DNA of 45,831 bases, from contig JACPBO010000036.1 in NCBI GenBank assembly GCA_016180285.1, positions 1 through 45,831 on the forward strand, in the 5' to 3' direction. Below, piece by piece: positions 1 through 9,876 of the stretch. Made by a program: the position numbers and the translations under genes. Source of the stretch: Candidatus Woesearchaeota archaeon. GTDB taxonomy: Archaea > Nanobdellota > Nanobdellia > Woesearchaeales > JACPBO01. The notes under the pieces were generated by a model. The model had not been told where the DNA came from. It saw only the letters and a list, made by a program, of their open reading frames with translations, and made no database searches. Position 1 is the first letter of the stretch. Every line of letters starts with the position of its first letter.

Positions 1-35
1 ACTGGGCTAATAACTTCTATCCTGAGAATAAAAAT

Positions 36-503
36 TTGATTAAAGCAAATTCGCCAAGGGTTAAAGAGATTAGTCTTGGATGCTTAGAATCCCTTTTAAC
101 CAAGGCAGAAGTGGCAAGAAGAGAGTTATCTACTTTAGAAAAGGCAAGCAAGTTAAGGAGAGTTTCTCCAGCAGTAGCTATTGAAACGATAAAACAAAGA
201 AGAGGCAGGAGACTTAGAGCAGGCTTTCGTGAGTCTTCCCTTAAACATTCTGATATGAACAAAATGGTTAATATGCTTTGTGAGTATCAGGATTTTGGAG
301 CAGTAGAGGTTCTTCATGAACAAGATTTAACCAGTAGAGATGTGAATGATCGTAGGATAATCTTTTTTCCAGAATTAGATGTTTATTTAGATTCAAAAGA
401 AGGGAATGAAACTAAGTATATATACGGAGAGAAAATTTCAGCTAAAAAGCTTATCAGAAAATTAAAAAGCAATGACAATATCTTTGGACCAGGTGGATTT
501 TAA
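36..503 (+). CDS. hypothetical protein (start uncertain, near window edge)
   Basis: 155-aa ORF, no recognised motif. Confidence 0.55.
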   Translation: MIKANSPRVKEISLGCLESLLTKAEVARRELSTLEKASKLRRVSPAVAIETIKQRRGRRLRAGFRESSLKHSDMNKMVNMLCEYQDFGAVEVLHEQDLTSRDVNDRRIIFFPELDVYLDSKEGNETKYIYGEKISAKKLIRKLKSNDNIFGPGGF

Positions 504-576
504 TCTTCTTTTTCCAAAAAGCCTAAAACTCCTATCATGCCCCCTAAACTAAAACTATACTGCCGACAGCGTTTAT

Positions 577-2643
577 TCAATCAGCATGGCTTTCATGCCC
601 TTCTTTCCTGATCTTTATCACATTGTCAACAAAGCTCTCGATCTTGCTCTCATGCGAAACAATGATCGCCTGCTTCACATTCAGCTGATCCAGCACATCC
701 CTGATCTTGTCAAGCTGGGTTTCGCTGAATCCGTCAGTGGGCTCATCAAGTATTATTAAATCTTTTGTCCTTATCTGCGATATCAGGTCATTGATGACCT
801 TGTTCAATGCAAGCCTGTACGCAAGCGCAAGCGAAGTCTTCTCCCCTCCGCTTAAATTCTCTATTATTGTCTCGTAGCCGTTCTGCGCAATAACCGGATT
901 GAAAACATCATCAAGCCTTACATTAAGGGCTTCATCTTCAATCAGCACATTAAACCAGTTCTGGAACAATTCATTGAATTCATGATAAACTGATGCCATG
1001 ACATGCTTCTCCATGACATTCATGAGGTTCTGGAATCCTTCCTGCAGCCATTCCTGCATATCCCTTAAATAAGCCAGCTTTTCTTTTGCCTTTTCTTTCC
1101 TGCCTATTTCTTCATCAATGGCTTTCATTAATTTCAGAATATTTTCTTTATCCCTCAATAAAGAGTTATTTTCTAATTCAACTTCCCTCTCTTTTCCGGC
1201 AATTGCATCAAGCTCTTTTCTGAATCTTAAATATTCTTTTTCTGCATCGCCGAACTTCGAAATTTCATTCTCCAGTTCAGATTTTTTAACATTAAGGCCG
1301 CCAATATCTTTCTTGATTTCCTCGCACTCGCTGCAGAGCTTGTTTTTAAGCCTGGTTTTCTCTTCCAGATCCCTGATTTTCAGCAGAATTAAGTTCAATT
1401 CGCTTTTCTGCTCAATAAGCAGCTTGTGGTCTTTCTTCAATTCGTCCAGTTTTTTCCTTGCTTCCTCGCCCTGTTCTGAAAATAATTTCAATCTTTCATC
1501 GTGGCCTTTTATTTTTCCGTCTTCTTCAATAAGAATTTTCATTTTATGGCCATGCTCTACTTTCTGCCTGCACAGCGGGCATTCGTTCATTTTAGAAAAC
1601 TTTACTTTAATTTCATTTGAGCTTTTAATGCTTGATTTCAGGTCATTTATCCTTGCATCAATCTCAGCAGCTGTGTTCTCCATGAAATCAATTGAATTTT
1701 CCAGCTCTTCCAGCTTTTTGTTCACATCTGCGATATTTGAGTCTTTTTTGCCTTTCAGCTCAGCCTCAAGCTTTTCAATTCTTTTTTCAAGCTCCTTTAT
1801 TTCAGCCTTATTCCTTTCATTCAAGCTTGCTTTATTCAAAATATTTATCCTGCAAACTTCGAATTCTTTTTTCAGGTCATTCAGCTTTTTAATATCCTGC
1901 TCTATTTTTTCAATGTCTTTCTTCTTATTTTTTAATTCTGCTTTTATTTCGATGATCCTTGGCTTTATCTCATCGATTTTTATCGCAATTTCTTTCAGAT
2001 CATGCTCTCTCTCTTTTTTCTGGGATTTTTTTTCCTCTAAATCAAGAATGAAGCCCTCTATCTCCTTCCTTTTTTCCTTAAGCTCCCTTATATAAATCTC
2101 GGAATTCTCCCTTATTCTCTTGTACTTGTCAATTCCGAAAACCCTTCTTAAAGTGTCGAGCCTTGCCTCATCTTCTTCAAAGAGAATCTGCTTCATCTCT
2201 TCCTGCGGGGTGTAAACAGTGTACCTGTAAACAAGCGACTTGCTTTTCGTCAATAATTCAGAAGGATAGCCGAGCAGGTTTAAGACATCATTCTTCAGTT
2301 CGACAGCAGTGCCCTCTTTTTTCCTCCCGTCAACTATTATATAGCCGCTTTCCTGGCCAATATCATCGCCTGATTTTCTTTTTAAGTTTCTCTTGATTAT
2401 TATTTCCCTGTTGTCAAGATAAAATCTTAATTCAACGCTGCCTTCCTTTTTTCCATGCCTCAGCAATGAATTGCCAGTAAGCATGGGCCTCATTATGCCG
2501 AATAGAGCAAACTCCACTGCAAGCAAGATTGTTGTCTTTCCGCTTCCGATATCGCCGCTTAACAGGACAGATCCTTCCGGGAAATCTATCTTTTCATCTG
2601 TATAGCTTCTTATGTTGTTCAGCCTTATTGAGCTAAGAATCAT
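577..2643 (-). CDS. rad50: Rad50/SbcC-family SMC-like ATPase
   Basis: Walker A GDIGSGKTT, long coiled coil, CPLC zinc hook, LSGGE signature, IILDEP Walker B, VSH; likely start MILSSIRL at 2643. Confidence 0.9.
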   Translation of the reverse strand: MILSSIRLNNIRSYTDEKIDFPEGSVLLSGDIGSGKTTILLAVEFALFGIMRPMLTGNSLLRHGKKEGSVELRFYLDNREIIIKRNLKRKSGDDIGQESGYIIVDGRKKEGTAVELKNDVLNLLGYPSELLTKSKSLVYRYTVYTPQEEMKQILFEEDEARLDTLRRVFGIDKYKRIRENSEIYIRELKEKRKEIEGFILDLEEKKSQKKEREHDLKEIAIKIDEIKPRIIEIKAELKNKKKDIEKIEQDIKKLNDLKKEFEVCRINILNKASLNERNKAEIKELEKRIEKLEAELKGKKDSNIADVNKKLEELENSIDFMENTAAEIDARINDLKSSIKSSNEIKVKFSKMNECPLCRQKVEHGHKMKILIEEDGKIKGHDERLKLFSEQGEEARKKLDELKKDHKLLIEQKSELNLILLKIRDLEEKTRLKNKLCSECEEIKKDIGGLNVKKSELENEISKFGDAEKEYLRFRKELDAIAGKEREVELENNSLLRDKENILKLMKAIDEEIGRKEKAKEKLAYLRDMQEWLQEGFQNLMNVMEKHVMASVYHEFNELFQNWFNVLIEDEALNVRLDDVFNPVIAQNGYETIIENLSGGEKTSLALAYRLALNKVINDLISQIRTKDLIILDEPTDGFSETQLDKIRDVLDQLNVKQAIIVSHESKIESFVDNVIKIRKEGHESHAD

Positions 2644-2782
2644 TTTGCCCCTGAACAGCATAATTGTTCATAGGTTTAAAATGTTTTCTATTTTTGAGTG
2701 TTAAATCCGAAAAGTTTAAATATCGGCATAGTATTTGGGTGAATAACATAATTTACAATCAATTAAATAAGAGGAGGAGAAA

Positions 2783-3193
2783 ATGGCTGGTTTTTTTTCG
2801 AATTTGAAGAGAAAATTGGGCGGTTCTGACGAGGATTTTCCTGAAGAAGGCGAGGAAGAGTATGTTGAGCTTGACACCGGCGCTGGCGCTGACATAAAGA
2901 CCAAGATCACAGTAAGGCCGTTTGTCATTGAAGATTTTGCTGATATCAAAGAAGTTCTTGATTCCTTAAGGGAAGGAGCTACAATCGCATTGGTGAATAT
3001 AAGGCCATTGAAAGAGAAGGACCTTGTGGAACTAAAAAGAGCCATAAACAAGCTAAAGAAGACATGCGATGCAATTGAAGGTGATATTGCAGGGTTCGGC
3101 GATGACTATATTGTTGTTACGCCGTCATTTGCAAAGATCTACAGGACAAAGGCGACTGCCGATGTTGCTGAAGAGCCTGAAGGGGAAGAATAG
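2783..3193 (+). CDS. sepF: cell division protein SepF
   Basis: Archaeal SepF pattern (EEYVEL ... LREG..IALVNI ... GDIAGFGDDYIVVTP); GAGGAGG RBS upstream. Confidence 0.85.
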   Translation: MAGFFSNLKRKLGGSDEDFPEEGEEEYVELDTGAGADIKTKITVRPFVIEDFADIKEVLDSLREGATIALVNIRPLKEKDLVELKRAINKLKKTCDAIEGDIAGFGDDYIVVTPSFAKIYRTKATADVAEEPEGEE

Positions 3194-3302
3194 GGTTTAA
3201 TTCTTTATTTTGTTTTTTATTATTATTTCTAAAATTTTCAATAAAAAATAATTTAAAAAATAAATAGAAACTTTTATAAACTTATAACCAAAATAAATTC
3301 TT

Positions 3303-3821
3303 ATGGACAAATTAGAAAAGCAGACATGCCCGATATGCGGCACCAATAACCTGACCCTTACTGAAGATGAAAAGGAAGTCCCATACTTCGGAAAAGTTTT
3401 TATTTTTGCAATGGTGTGCAGCTCGTGCAAATACCACAAGGCAGATGTTGAATGCGCGGAAAAGAAAGACCCTGCGCGCTATACTCTCGAAATTGCTTCT
3501 GAGAATGATATGAAAATAAGAGTTGTGAAAAGCTCTGAAGCAACTGTTAAAGTGCCTTACATCGGCTCTATCGAGCCTGGCCCTGATTCAAATGGAGATG
3601 TCACAAATGTTGAAGGTATCCTGACAAGGTTTAAGGAGCAGATTGAAGGCTTGAAGAATGATGCAGAAGATGAAGAAGATAGGAAAAAGGCAAAAAATCT
3701 GTTAAAGAAGCTTACAAGAATAATGTGGGGGCAGGAGAAGGCTGTGCTGACTGTTGAAGATCCTACTGGTAACAGCGCAATTATTTCTGAGAAAGCGAAA
3801 ATTGTTAAGTTAAAAATTTAG
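3303..3821 (+). CDS. ZPR1-type zinc finger protein
   Basis: CPIC...EVPYFG...CSSCKY, TNVEGIL, EDPTGNSAII. Confidence 0.9.
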   Translation: MDKLEKQTCPICGTNNLTLTEDEKEVPYFGKVFIFAMVCSSCKYHKADVECAEKKDPARYTLEIASENDMKIRVVKSSEATVKVPYIGSIEPGPDSNGDVTNVEGILTRFKEQIEGLKNDAEDEEDRKKAKNLLKKLTRIMWGQEKAVLTVEDPTGNSAIISEKAKIVKLKI

Positions 3822-4355
3822 TTATGCTGCATTTATTTTTCTTTCTAAATCTCCATAATATTTGGCAGCCAAATCATTGATTGTGTTGTTATACTGCGTT
3901 ACAACATTTTTATCTGCCTTATTTGGCTGGGCATTCAGAATCAAATCAACAACTCTATCATCTTTAAGCCAGCCTTTTTTCAGGCTCAGGTTATACAATG
4001 CCGAATAAAGGCACTCATTATCCGTTTTAAATTTTGGTACTGGTCTGCTATTGTGCTCTACTTGCGTAAGTACTGTATTGTAAAATTTGCTGCTGTCAAA
4101 ATCACTGCGCCGTGTCTCGGAGATTGCTTCATTCAGGCGTGCTTTTAAATTTTTTGCGCACGCCCTTCTGTATTCCATGAAATTGCTTCCTGTTTCCCTA
4201 GGAACTTCTTTCTGCAGAGCAGACATTATTGTCACTCCAATCTGCTCTTTTGAGAAATATTTCTTAAGCAGATCTATCTGATCCGTATAATTTACATTTT
4301 CCAGGCTTGTGTGATTTTTTTTCATCAAACCCTCTGGCTTTTTGAAATGATGCAA
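3822..4355 (-). CDS. hypothetical protein
   Basis: 177-aa ORF (start may be at the second Met), no motif recognised. Confidence 0.55.
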   Translation of the reverse strand: MHHFKKPEGLMKKNHTSLENVNYTDQIDLLKKYFSKEQIGVTIMSALQKEVPRETGSNFMEYRRACAKNLKARLNEAISETRRSDFDSSKFYNTVLTQVEHNSRPVPKFKTDNECLYSALYNLSLKKGWLKDDRVVDLILNAQPNKADKNVVTQYNNTINDLAAKYYGDLERKINAA

Positions 4356-4464
4356 ATCTATATAAAACTTTCTATTTTAGAATAGTAACATTCCAAGTTG
4401 CCGAATTTCGTACATCTCTCACAAAATATTTATAAAGGGCTGCAAAATTAAAACAGCGGTCAAT

Positions 4465-6327
4465 GTGAATATCAATAAAACCATTCTGGATGAAAAGAAT
4501 CTTGCAAAACTGCTGGAATTGAAGAACCAGCATGTTATTGAAATAGTTGAAAAATATGTTGATTTATGCAGGCCTGGCAAGGTTACTGTGCTGACTGATT
4601 CAGAAGAAGACTGCGATTATGTTAAAGAGCTGACAATAAAAAATAAAGAAGAACTTCAGCTTGCAATGGATGGGCATACTGTTCATTTTGATGGATTTTA
4701 TGATCAGGGAAGAGATAAGAAAAATACAAGGGTTTTATTGCCAAAAGGCGCAAAAGCAAGCAAATTTCTTGAATGGAAAGACAGGGATGAAGGCTTGAAT
4801 GAGGTGATGGGATTCCTTGAAGGGATTATGGAAGGCAAGGAAATGTTTGTATGCTTTTTTTGTTTAGGCCCGAATAATTCAAGATTTTCAATTCCGGCAT
4901 TGCAAGTAACGGATTCTGCATATGTTGTGCACAGCGAGACGATTCTTTATAGGAGAGGTTATGAAGAATTTAAGAGGCTGAATGGATCAAAAAAATTTTT
5001 TTGTTTCATTCATTCTGCAGGTGAGCTGGATGAGAGGGGCAATTCAAAGAATATTGATAGAAGAAGAATATACATGGACCTTCATGAGAATAAAGTGTTT
5101 ACAGTTAACAACCAATATGCGGGAAACAGTGTTGGCTTGAAGAAATTGGCTTTGCGATTGGGAATAAATAAAGCAAGCCAAGAGGACTGGCTGTGCGAGC
5201 ACATGCTTATTGTGGGCGTCCATCCTTCAGGCAAGGCCAGAGTAACGTATTTTACAGGAGCTTTTCCTTCAGCATGCGGCAAAACTTCTACTGCAATGAT
5301 AGCTGGGCAGACAATAATAGGAGATGATATAGCATACATCAAAGCAGGAGATAACGGCCAGGCCTATGCTGTTAATGTTGAACAGGGCATTTTTGGAATT
5401 ATACAGGACATAAACCCAAATGATGATCCTGTGATCTACAAAGCATTAACAACACAGAGGGAATTAATATTCTCCAATGTTCTTATTGCCGATGATGTTC
5501 CTTACTGGCTCGGAATTGGAAAAGAACTGCCTAAAACAGGGATTAATTTTTCTGGAGACTGGCATGAAGGCAAGAAAGATAAAGACGGTAATGCAATAGA
5601 CCCTGCCCATAAAAATGCCCGCTATACAATAAGAATTAATGATCTTGACAATGCCGATCCCAAATCTGATGATCCCAACGGTGTTCCGATTTCAGGATTT
5701 ATTTACGGAGGCCGTGATTCAGATACAACTGTGCCTGTCTTCGAATCTTTAAGCTGGGGCCATGGCGTTTATGTCGGGGCTGTAGTTGAATCTGAAACAA
5801 CAACTGCCACAATCGGCAAAGTAGGAGTGAGAACCCATGATCCGATGGCCAATATTGATTTCCTGGTTGTTCCTCTGGGGCTTTACATCAAAAACCATCT
5901 TGCTTTTGGAGACAGGCTGGACAAACAGCCAAGGATTTTTCATACAAATTATTTCCTGAAAGAGAACGGAAACTTTCTTAATTCAAAGCTTGACAAGAAA
6001 GTCTGGCTTATGTGGATGGAAGGAAGGGTCAATAATGAGCTTGAAGCCATTGAAACGCCTGTCGGCTTTATTCCAAAATACGATGATTTAAAGAAGTTAT
6101 TCAGAGATATTTTTAACAAAGATTATAAAGAAGAAGAATATGAAAAGCAGTTTACAATAAGAACTGCAAAATTACTTGAGAAACTCGGCAGAATGGAAGC
6201 CGTGTACAAGGAAGAAAGCGATCTCCCTACTCTGTTCTTAGAGCATCTTCACCAAGAGCAGAAAAGACTGATGGAAGCGAAAGAGAAATTCGGAAAAGAA
6301 GACATATCTCCTTTTGATTTTGAATAA
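4465..6327 (+). CDS. pckG: phosphoenolpyruvate carboxykinase (GTP)
   Basis: YAGNSVGLKK, WLCEHM, GAFPSACGKT, IGDDIAY, HKNARY, YGGRDSDT motifs. Confidence 0.95.
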   Translation: MNINKTILDEKNLAKLLELKNQHVIEIVEKYVDLCRPGKVTVLTDSEEDCDYVKELTIKNKEELQLAMDGHTVHFDGFYDQGRDKKNTRVLLPKGAKASKFLEWKDRDEGLNEVMGFLEGIMEGKEMFVCFFCLGPNNSRFSIPALQVTDSAYVVHSETILYRRGYEEFKRLNGSKKFFCFIHSAGELDERGNSKNIDRRRIYMDLHENKVFTVNNQYAGNSVGLKKLALRLGINKASQEDWLCEHMLIVGVHPSGKARVTYFTGAFPSACGKTSTAMIAGQTIIGDDIAYIKAGDNGQAYAVNVEQGIFGIIQDINPNDDPVIYKALTTQRELIFSNVLIADDVPYWLGIGKELPKTGINFSGDWHEGKKDKDGNAIDPAHKNARYTIRINDLDNADPKSDDPNGVPISGFIYGGRDSDTTVPVFESLSWGHGVYVGAVVESETTTATIGKVGVRTHDPMANIDFLVVPLGLYIKNHLAFGDRLDKQPRIFHTNYFLKENGNFLNSKLDKKVWLMWMEGRVNNELEAIETPVGFIPKYDDLKKLFRDIFNKDYKEEEYEKQFTIRTAKLLEKLGRMEAVYKEESDLPTLFLEHLHQEQKRLMEAKEKFGKEDISPFDFE

Positions 6328-6331
6328 ATAA

Positions 6332-6529
6332 TTATTTTTCTTCTTCAACCTTTATCGCCGCCTTCGGGCACTGTACAACGCAGGCATTGCAGGCAATGCA
6401 TTCCTTTTCTTTCAGAATAAACGCTTTATTCTTTTCATCCTTGCCGAAAACTTCCATAGGGCATATTTCAATGCATTTCAGGCAGTTGTCGCATTTCTCA
6501 GCGCTTATTGTTACTGTTATTTTTGGCAT
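6332..6529 (-). CDS. 2[4Fe-4S] ferredoxin
   Basis: Two CxxCxxCxxxCP motifs; likely start MPKITV at 6529. Confidence 0.9.
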   Translation of the reverse strand: MPKITVTISAEKCDNCLKCIEICPMEVFGKDEKNKAFILKEKECIACNACVVQCPKAAIKVEEEK

Positions 6530-6530
6530 C

Positions 6531-7040
6531 TTACTTGATCGCGCTTGTTTCCTTGCTTTTAACAATCTTAGATTTAGCTTCTTTTGGGACTTTGGGAGGA
6601 TCTTTTTTCAGCTCTTTTAATTCTTCTTTTTCTATTTGAACATCTTTTGGAACTTCATCTTTCTTTGCAGAAGGAGTTTCTTTTTCTGATTTGGCCTCTT
6701 CTATTATCTTCCCTTCTTTTTTCACATCTGTTTTCTTTACTTCAGCCTTTTTCTCAGCAGGAGCCCCTGCCAATTCTGCAAAAACCATGCCTTTATCGTC
6801 TTTTCTGGCATCAACTTTTATGTGATGCGGAACATTCTTGATGCCGTGCTTCCAGATCTCAAGATTTGCGTATTTTCCTATTCTAATTTCACTCGCTTTC
6901 ATGTGCTTCTTCAGGAAATCTCTGAGAACATTTACTGCCTTTTTAGCCCTTTTATGCCTTGGGCTGAATTGAACTCTCTTTCTCAGCGGAACATTATAGG
7001 TTCTTTCAAGGATTATTTTTGTATCTTCTTTTTTTGCCAT
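6531..7040 (-). CDS. rpl31e: 50S ribosomal protein L31e with charged C-terminal extension
   Basis: ERTYNVPLR, KRAKKAV, KHMK, IWKHGIKNVP; operon context. Confidence 0.92.
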   Translation of the reverse strand: MAKKEDTKIILERTYNVPLRKRVQFSPRHKRAKKAVNVLRDFLKKHMKASEIRIGKYANLEIWKHGIKNVPHHIKVDARKDDKGMVFAELAGAPAEKKAEVKKTDVKKEGKIIEEAKSEKETPSAKKDEVPKDVQIEKEELKELKKDPPKVPKEAKSKIVKSKETSAIK

Positions 7041-7214
7041 TTATGCCTTTGTCTTTATTCTTCTCCAGCTTCTTTTGACAGCAGTATGCCTGCCTGGATG
7101 CACCTTTCTTCCTTTCCCGTAGATCTTCGGCACTGTCCAAAATGGCGCCCATCTTGTCTGCCTGTGCAGTTTCGCCAGTCTTTGCTTTCTGCTTGGATGC
7201 TTGTATCTTGCCAT
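7041..7214 (-). CDS. rpl39e: 50S ribosomal protein L39e (not in ORF track)
   Basis: 57 aa MARYKHPSRKQRLAKLHRQTRWAPFWTVPK...KRSWRRIKTKA, lying between PDCD5 and L31e as in the conserved archaeal operon. Confidence 0.8.
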   Translation of the reverse strand: MARYKHPSRKQRLAKLHRQTRWAPFWTVPKIYGKGRKVHPGRHTAVKRSWRRIKTKA

Positions 7215-7215
7215 T

Positions 7216-7533
7216 TTACCTGAACCTTATTTTTGTTTCGTGCTTTTTGTCCATCATCATCAAAATCTCTTTCAGCTGATTATCATCAATTTTCTTTATG
7301 TTCTGCATTTGTATTGCGTTCGCAACCACAACGAGCAGCTGCACTGCTTTTTCCGGATGCGCTGTCTTCAAATTTCCATAGCGCTGCAATGCCTCCTTTG
7401 TAAGCGCTCGTCTTACAATCTCTTCAAGCTGCTGTATTTGCGTTTTAAGCTGATTTTCTTCCTCAGCCTGTTTTTGTGTTTGCTGCAGCAATTCTATTTT
7501 TCTTTTTCTTATTTCTTCAAGCCCATTGTCCAT
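7216..7533 (-). CDS. PDCD5-family dsDNA-binding protein
   Basis: LEEIRKRKIELLQ...LTKEALQRYGNLK.AHPEKA; operon context. Confidence 0.9.
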   Translation of the reverse strand: MDNGLEEIRKRKIELLQQTQKQAEEENQLKTQIQQLEEIVRRALTKEALQRYGNLKTAHPEKAVQLLVVVANAIQMQNIKKIDDNQLKEILMMMDKKHETKIRFR

Positions 7534-7535
7534 TT

Positions 7536-8045
7536 TCAGGATTTTCCTGTTTTATCTGCTTCTGTAGGCTGTTCTGTTATTTTTTCTTTATGAGCTTCAG
7601 CAGGCTTTTCTTCAGCAGCCTTTCCGCCAATCATAATCGAAATCTTGTTTAAAAATGCCTTTCCCTCTTTTGTCATTACCCTGCCTTTATGAAGCCCTTT
7701 TTTTTCTTCCTTGACAAAGCCTGCTTTCGTAAGCTGCTGCAGAATCTTTCTTATAATATTGCCTGAGCCTTTGTAAAAATGCTCTGGCTTATGTCCTCTG
7801 TTCTTTTTTCCGCCGTATAATGTCCTTAGCTTTGATACGCCGATTGGGCCTCTTAAATATATCTTCCTGAGCACAGATGCCGCCCTCACATACCACCAGT
7901 CCGGGTTTATAGGAGGCCTTTCTTTATGCATGCCTGTCTTCACAAATATTGCCCATTCCGGAGGCTGTATAGCCTGCACTTTCTTAAGCTCTTCGCTTGC
8001 TTTTTCAATTAATTTTTGCGAGTCTATATCGAATATTGTTGCCAT
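7536..8045 (-). CDS. rps19e: 30S ribosomal protein S19e
   Basis: PEWAIFVKTG.HKERPP..PDWWYVRAASVLRKIY.RGPIGV. Confidence 0.95.
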   Translation of the reverse strand: MATIFDIDSQKLIEKASEELKKVQAIQPPEWAIFVKTGMHKERPPINPDWWYVRAASVLRKIYLRGPIGVSKLRTLYGGKKNRGHKPEHFYKGSGNIIRKILQQLTKAGFVKEEKKGLHKGRVMTKEGKAFLNKISIMIGGKAAEEKPAEAHKEKITEQPTEADKTGKS

Positions 8046-8147
8046 TTTGATCATGATTGATATTAACCATTTCGCACCTTGCGGTGCTAGAGCAGCTAAT
8101 TATTAGCTTAGAACAAAAGAATAGGAGTTTATTTAAAAAGCTATCGT

Positions 8148-8291
8148 TTATTCCCTGTAGGCCTCTCCGCATTCAGGGCATTTATATGTGCTGGCGCCTG
8201 TCTTTTTCATCTGCGTGTTGCATTTTCCGCAGTAATAAATAGGCTCAACAACTACTTCTCTTTCATCCAGTTCAGGATCAAGCTCTCCCAT
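8148..8291 (-). CDS. small zinc-ribbon protein
   Basis: 47 aa from MGELD, with CGKC...CPECG; TATA-like sequence upstream. Confidence 0.65.
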   Translation of the reverse strand: MGELDPELDEREVVVEPIYYCGKCNTQMKKTGASTYKCPECGEAYRE

Positions 8292-8414
8292 TTTTACCCC
8301 AACAAAAATACATATATAGTCGCATATATTCCCGGCTATATAAATTTTTGGTATATGGTGCATAGATACCGATATGTTTTTATATTAGTGTCTTTTTCAA
8401 AGTGGTAACAATAC

Positions 8415-8744
8415 GTGGGTGAGAGTTTTATGAAAGCAACTGAGTTTAAATTATCAGATCTGGGAGCTGCAATAGCAGAACTTATTTATTTAGAGGATCT
8501 GGAGAAAATATCTTATGACGCTCCTGTTAAAAGTTTTAATGAGACTTTGCCTCCTGATGCGCCAGTTGATGAAGTGCGTAAAGGTTTAAGAGACTTGGAA
8601 AATGCCAATTTCTTGTTCTTTGTTCCTAAAAAAGGCTTGTTTGGAGCAGCATATTATGGAATAAATATGGAGAAAATAGCAGAATACTTTCAAAACGATT
8701 CCAAATATATGGTTAAAATAACAAAAAAGATAGGTTTTGATTAG
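8415..8744 (+). CDS. hypothetical protein, possibly winged helix
   Basis: 109-aa ORF; VRKGLRDLENANFL resembles a wHTH recognition helix (weak). Confidence 0.5.
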   Translation: MGESFMKATEFKLSDLGAAIAELIYLEDLEKISYDAPVKSFNETLPPDAPVDEVRKGLRDLENANFLFFVPKKGLFGAAYYGINMEKIAEYFQNDSKYMVKITKKIGFD

Positions 8745-8768
8745 CTTTTGTCCAACTCAATAAAACCT

Positions 8769-9227
8769 TTATTTTTTCCCAAAATAAAACACTTTGTCAA
8801 CAGCGACCTCATTCGGAGAAAAACTGATTTCCTGGCCTTTTATCATCTGCTTCATATTTTTCTTTGGCTCGATTCTTATTTCCTGCTCTGGTTTTTCAGC
8901 AGTTTTTTCCTGCTTTTTCACTTCAATATCTTTATTCAATGAAGCTACATCCTGCCTTAATTTTTCAATGTCATCAACAATGCTGCTCAGCTTCGCATTT
9001 AAGCTGCTGATCTCCCTTTCCATCTTCTGATTGTATTCGTTCATTCTTGTTCTCAGAAATGTGAATCCTTCATCATCAGGCTTTACTTCCTCCTTTATCT
9101 CTTCGCCTTCTGATCCGCCGACAATTCTCTTTGCCTGCTCGTAGGCGTCTTCAGCAGACTCAGCAGATCCTGTTCTCAGAAGCTCTTTTGCAAGATTGTT
9201 GATTTTATTTACAATTTCGAAGTCCAT
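8769..9227 (-). CDS. coiled-coil hypothetical protein
   Basis: 152-aa ORF, heptad-rich centre, TTTAAATA box upstream. Confidence 0.7.
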   Translation of the reverse strand: MDFEIVNKINNLAKELLRTGSAESAEDAYEQAKRIVGGSEGEEIKEEVKPDDEGFTFLRTRMNEYNQKMEREISSLNAKLSSIVDDIEKLRQDVASLNKDIEVKKQEKTAEKPEQEIRIEPKKNMKQMIKGQEISFSPNEVAVDKVFYFGKK

Positions 9228-9262
9228 GGATTAAATAAAAACGCCATCTTATTTAAAGGTTT

Positions 9263-9766
9263 TTATTTTGTTATTTCTTTCCCAAGAATATATGCCTTTT
9301 CATCGGGCCTGTAATGGCTTGCAAGCTCCCCTTCTATTTTGAAGCCGTTCTTTTTGTAGAATTCCAGATCAGATTCATTTTCAGACAGCACCGCTTCGAT
9401 TTTTGCAGTTTTTATTTTGCCATCTTTAATATGCTCTCTTATTTTTGAATCTAAAAAATCCATGATCTCTTTTTTAATATTCTCGTCCTTGCCGACAACA
9501 TGGTTGTATTTGAATCTTATATGCTTATTATCAATAGTTCTTTCCTCTATCTTCAGCAAAGCCCCGCCAACAACTTTGTTTTTATCATATGCAAAGAAAA
9601 CCCCTCCCAGCTCAGAATTCTCTCTGTCTTTTCTATCTAAATATTTTTTTATTTCTTCCAGCGATTTATAAAACACATTATGCGCAGGATATGCCTTTTT
9701 GCATAAGAGCAAAAATTCACCGGCATCTTCTTTTTGATATCTTTTAAATTCAACCATATCGGCCAC
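9263..9766 (-). CDS. GNAT-family acetyltransferase
   Basis: FYKKNGFKIEG...HYRP C-terminal GNAT motif. Confidence 0.75.
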   Translation of the reverse strand: MADMVEFKRYQKEDAGEFLLLCKKAYPAHNVFYKSLEEIKKYLDRKDRENSELGGVFFAYDKNKVVGGALLKIEERTIDNKHIRFKYNHVVGKDENIKKEIMDFLDSKIREHIKDGKIKTAKIEAVLSENESDLEFYKKNGFKIEGELASHYRPDEKAYILGKEITK

Positions 9767-9876
9767 CTTTAAATATTTAATATTACTTTAAGGCTTATAA
9801 ACTATTCGCTTTTATAATTACGAAACTCGTTAAAATTATGAAAAAGATTATAAATAGCCTAAAACTGCCAATTAAA

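Noticed and set aside
1118..2095. 325-aa plus-strand ORF and similar F/S/L-rich antisense ORFs
   Set aside because: Antisense shadows of K/E-rich genes such as rad50
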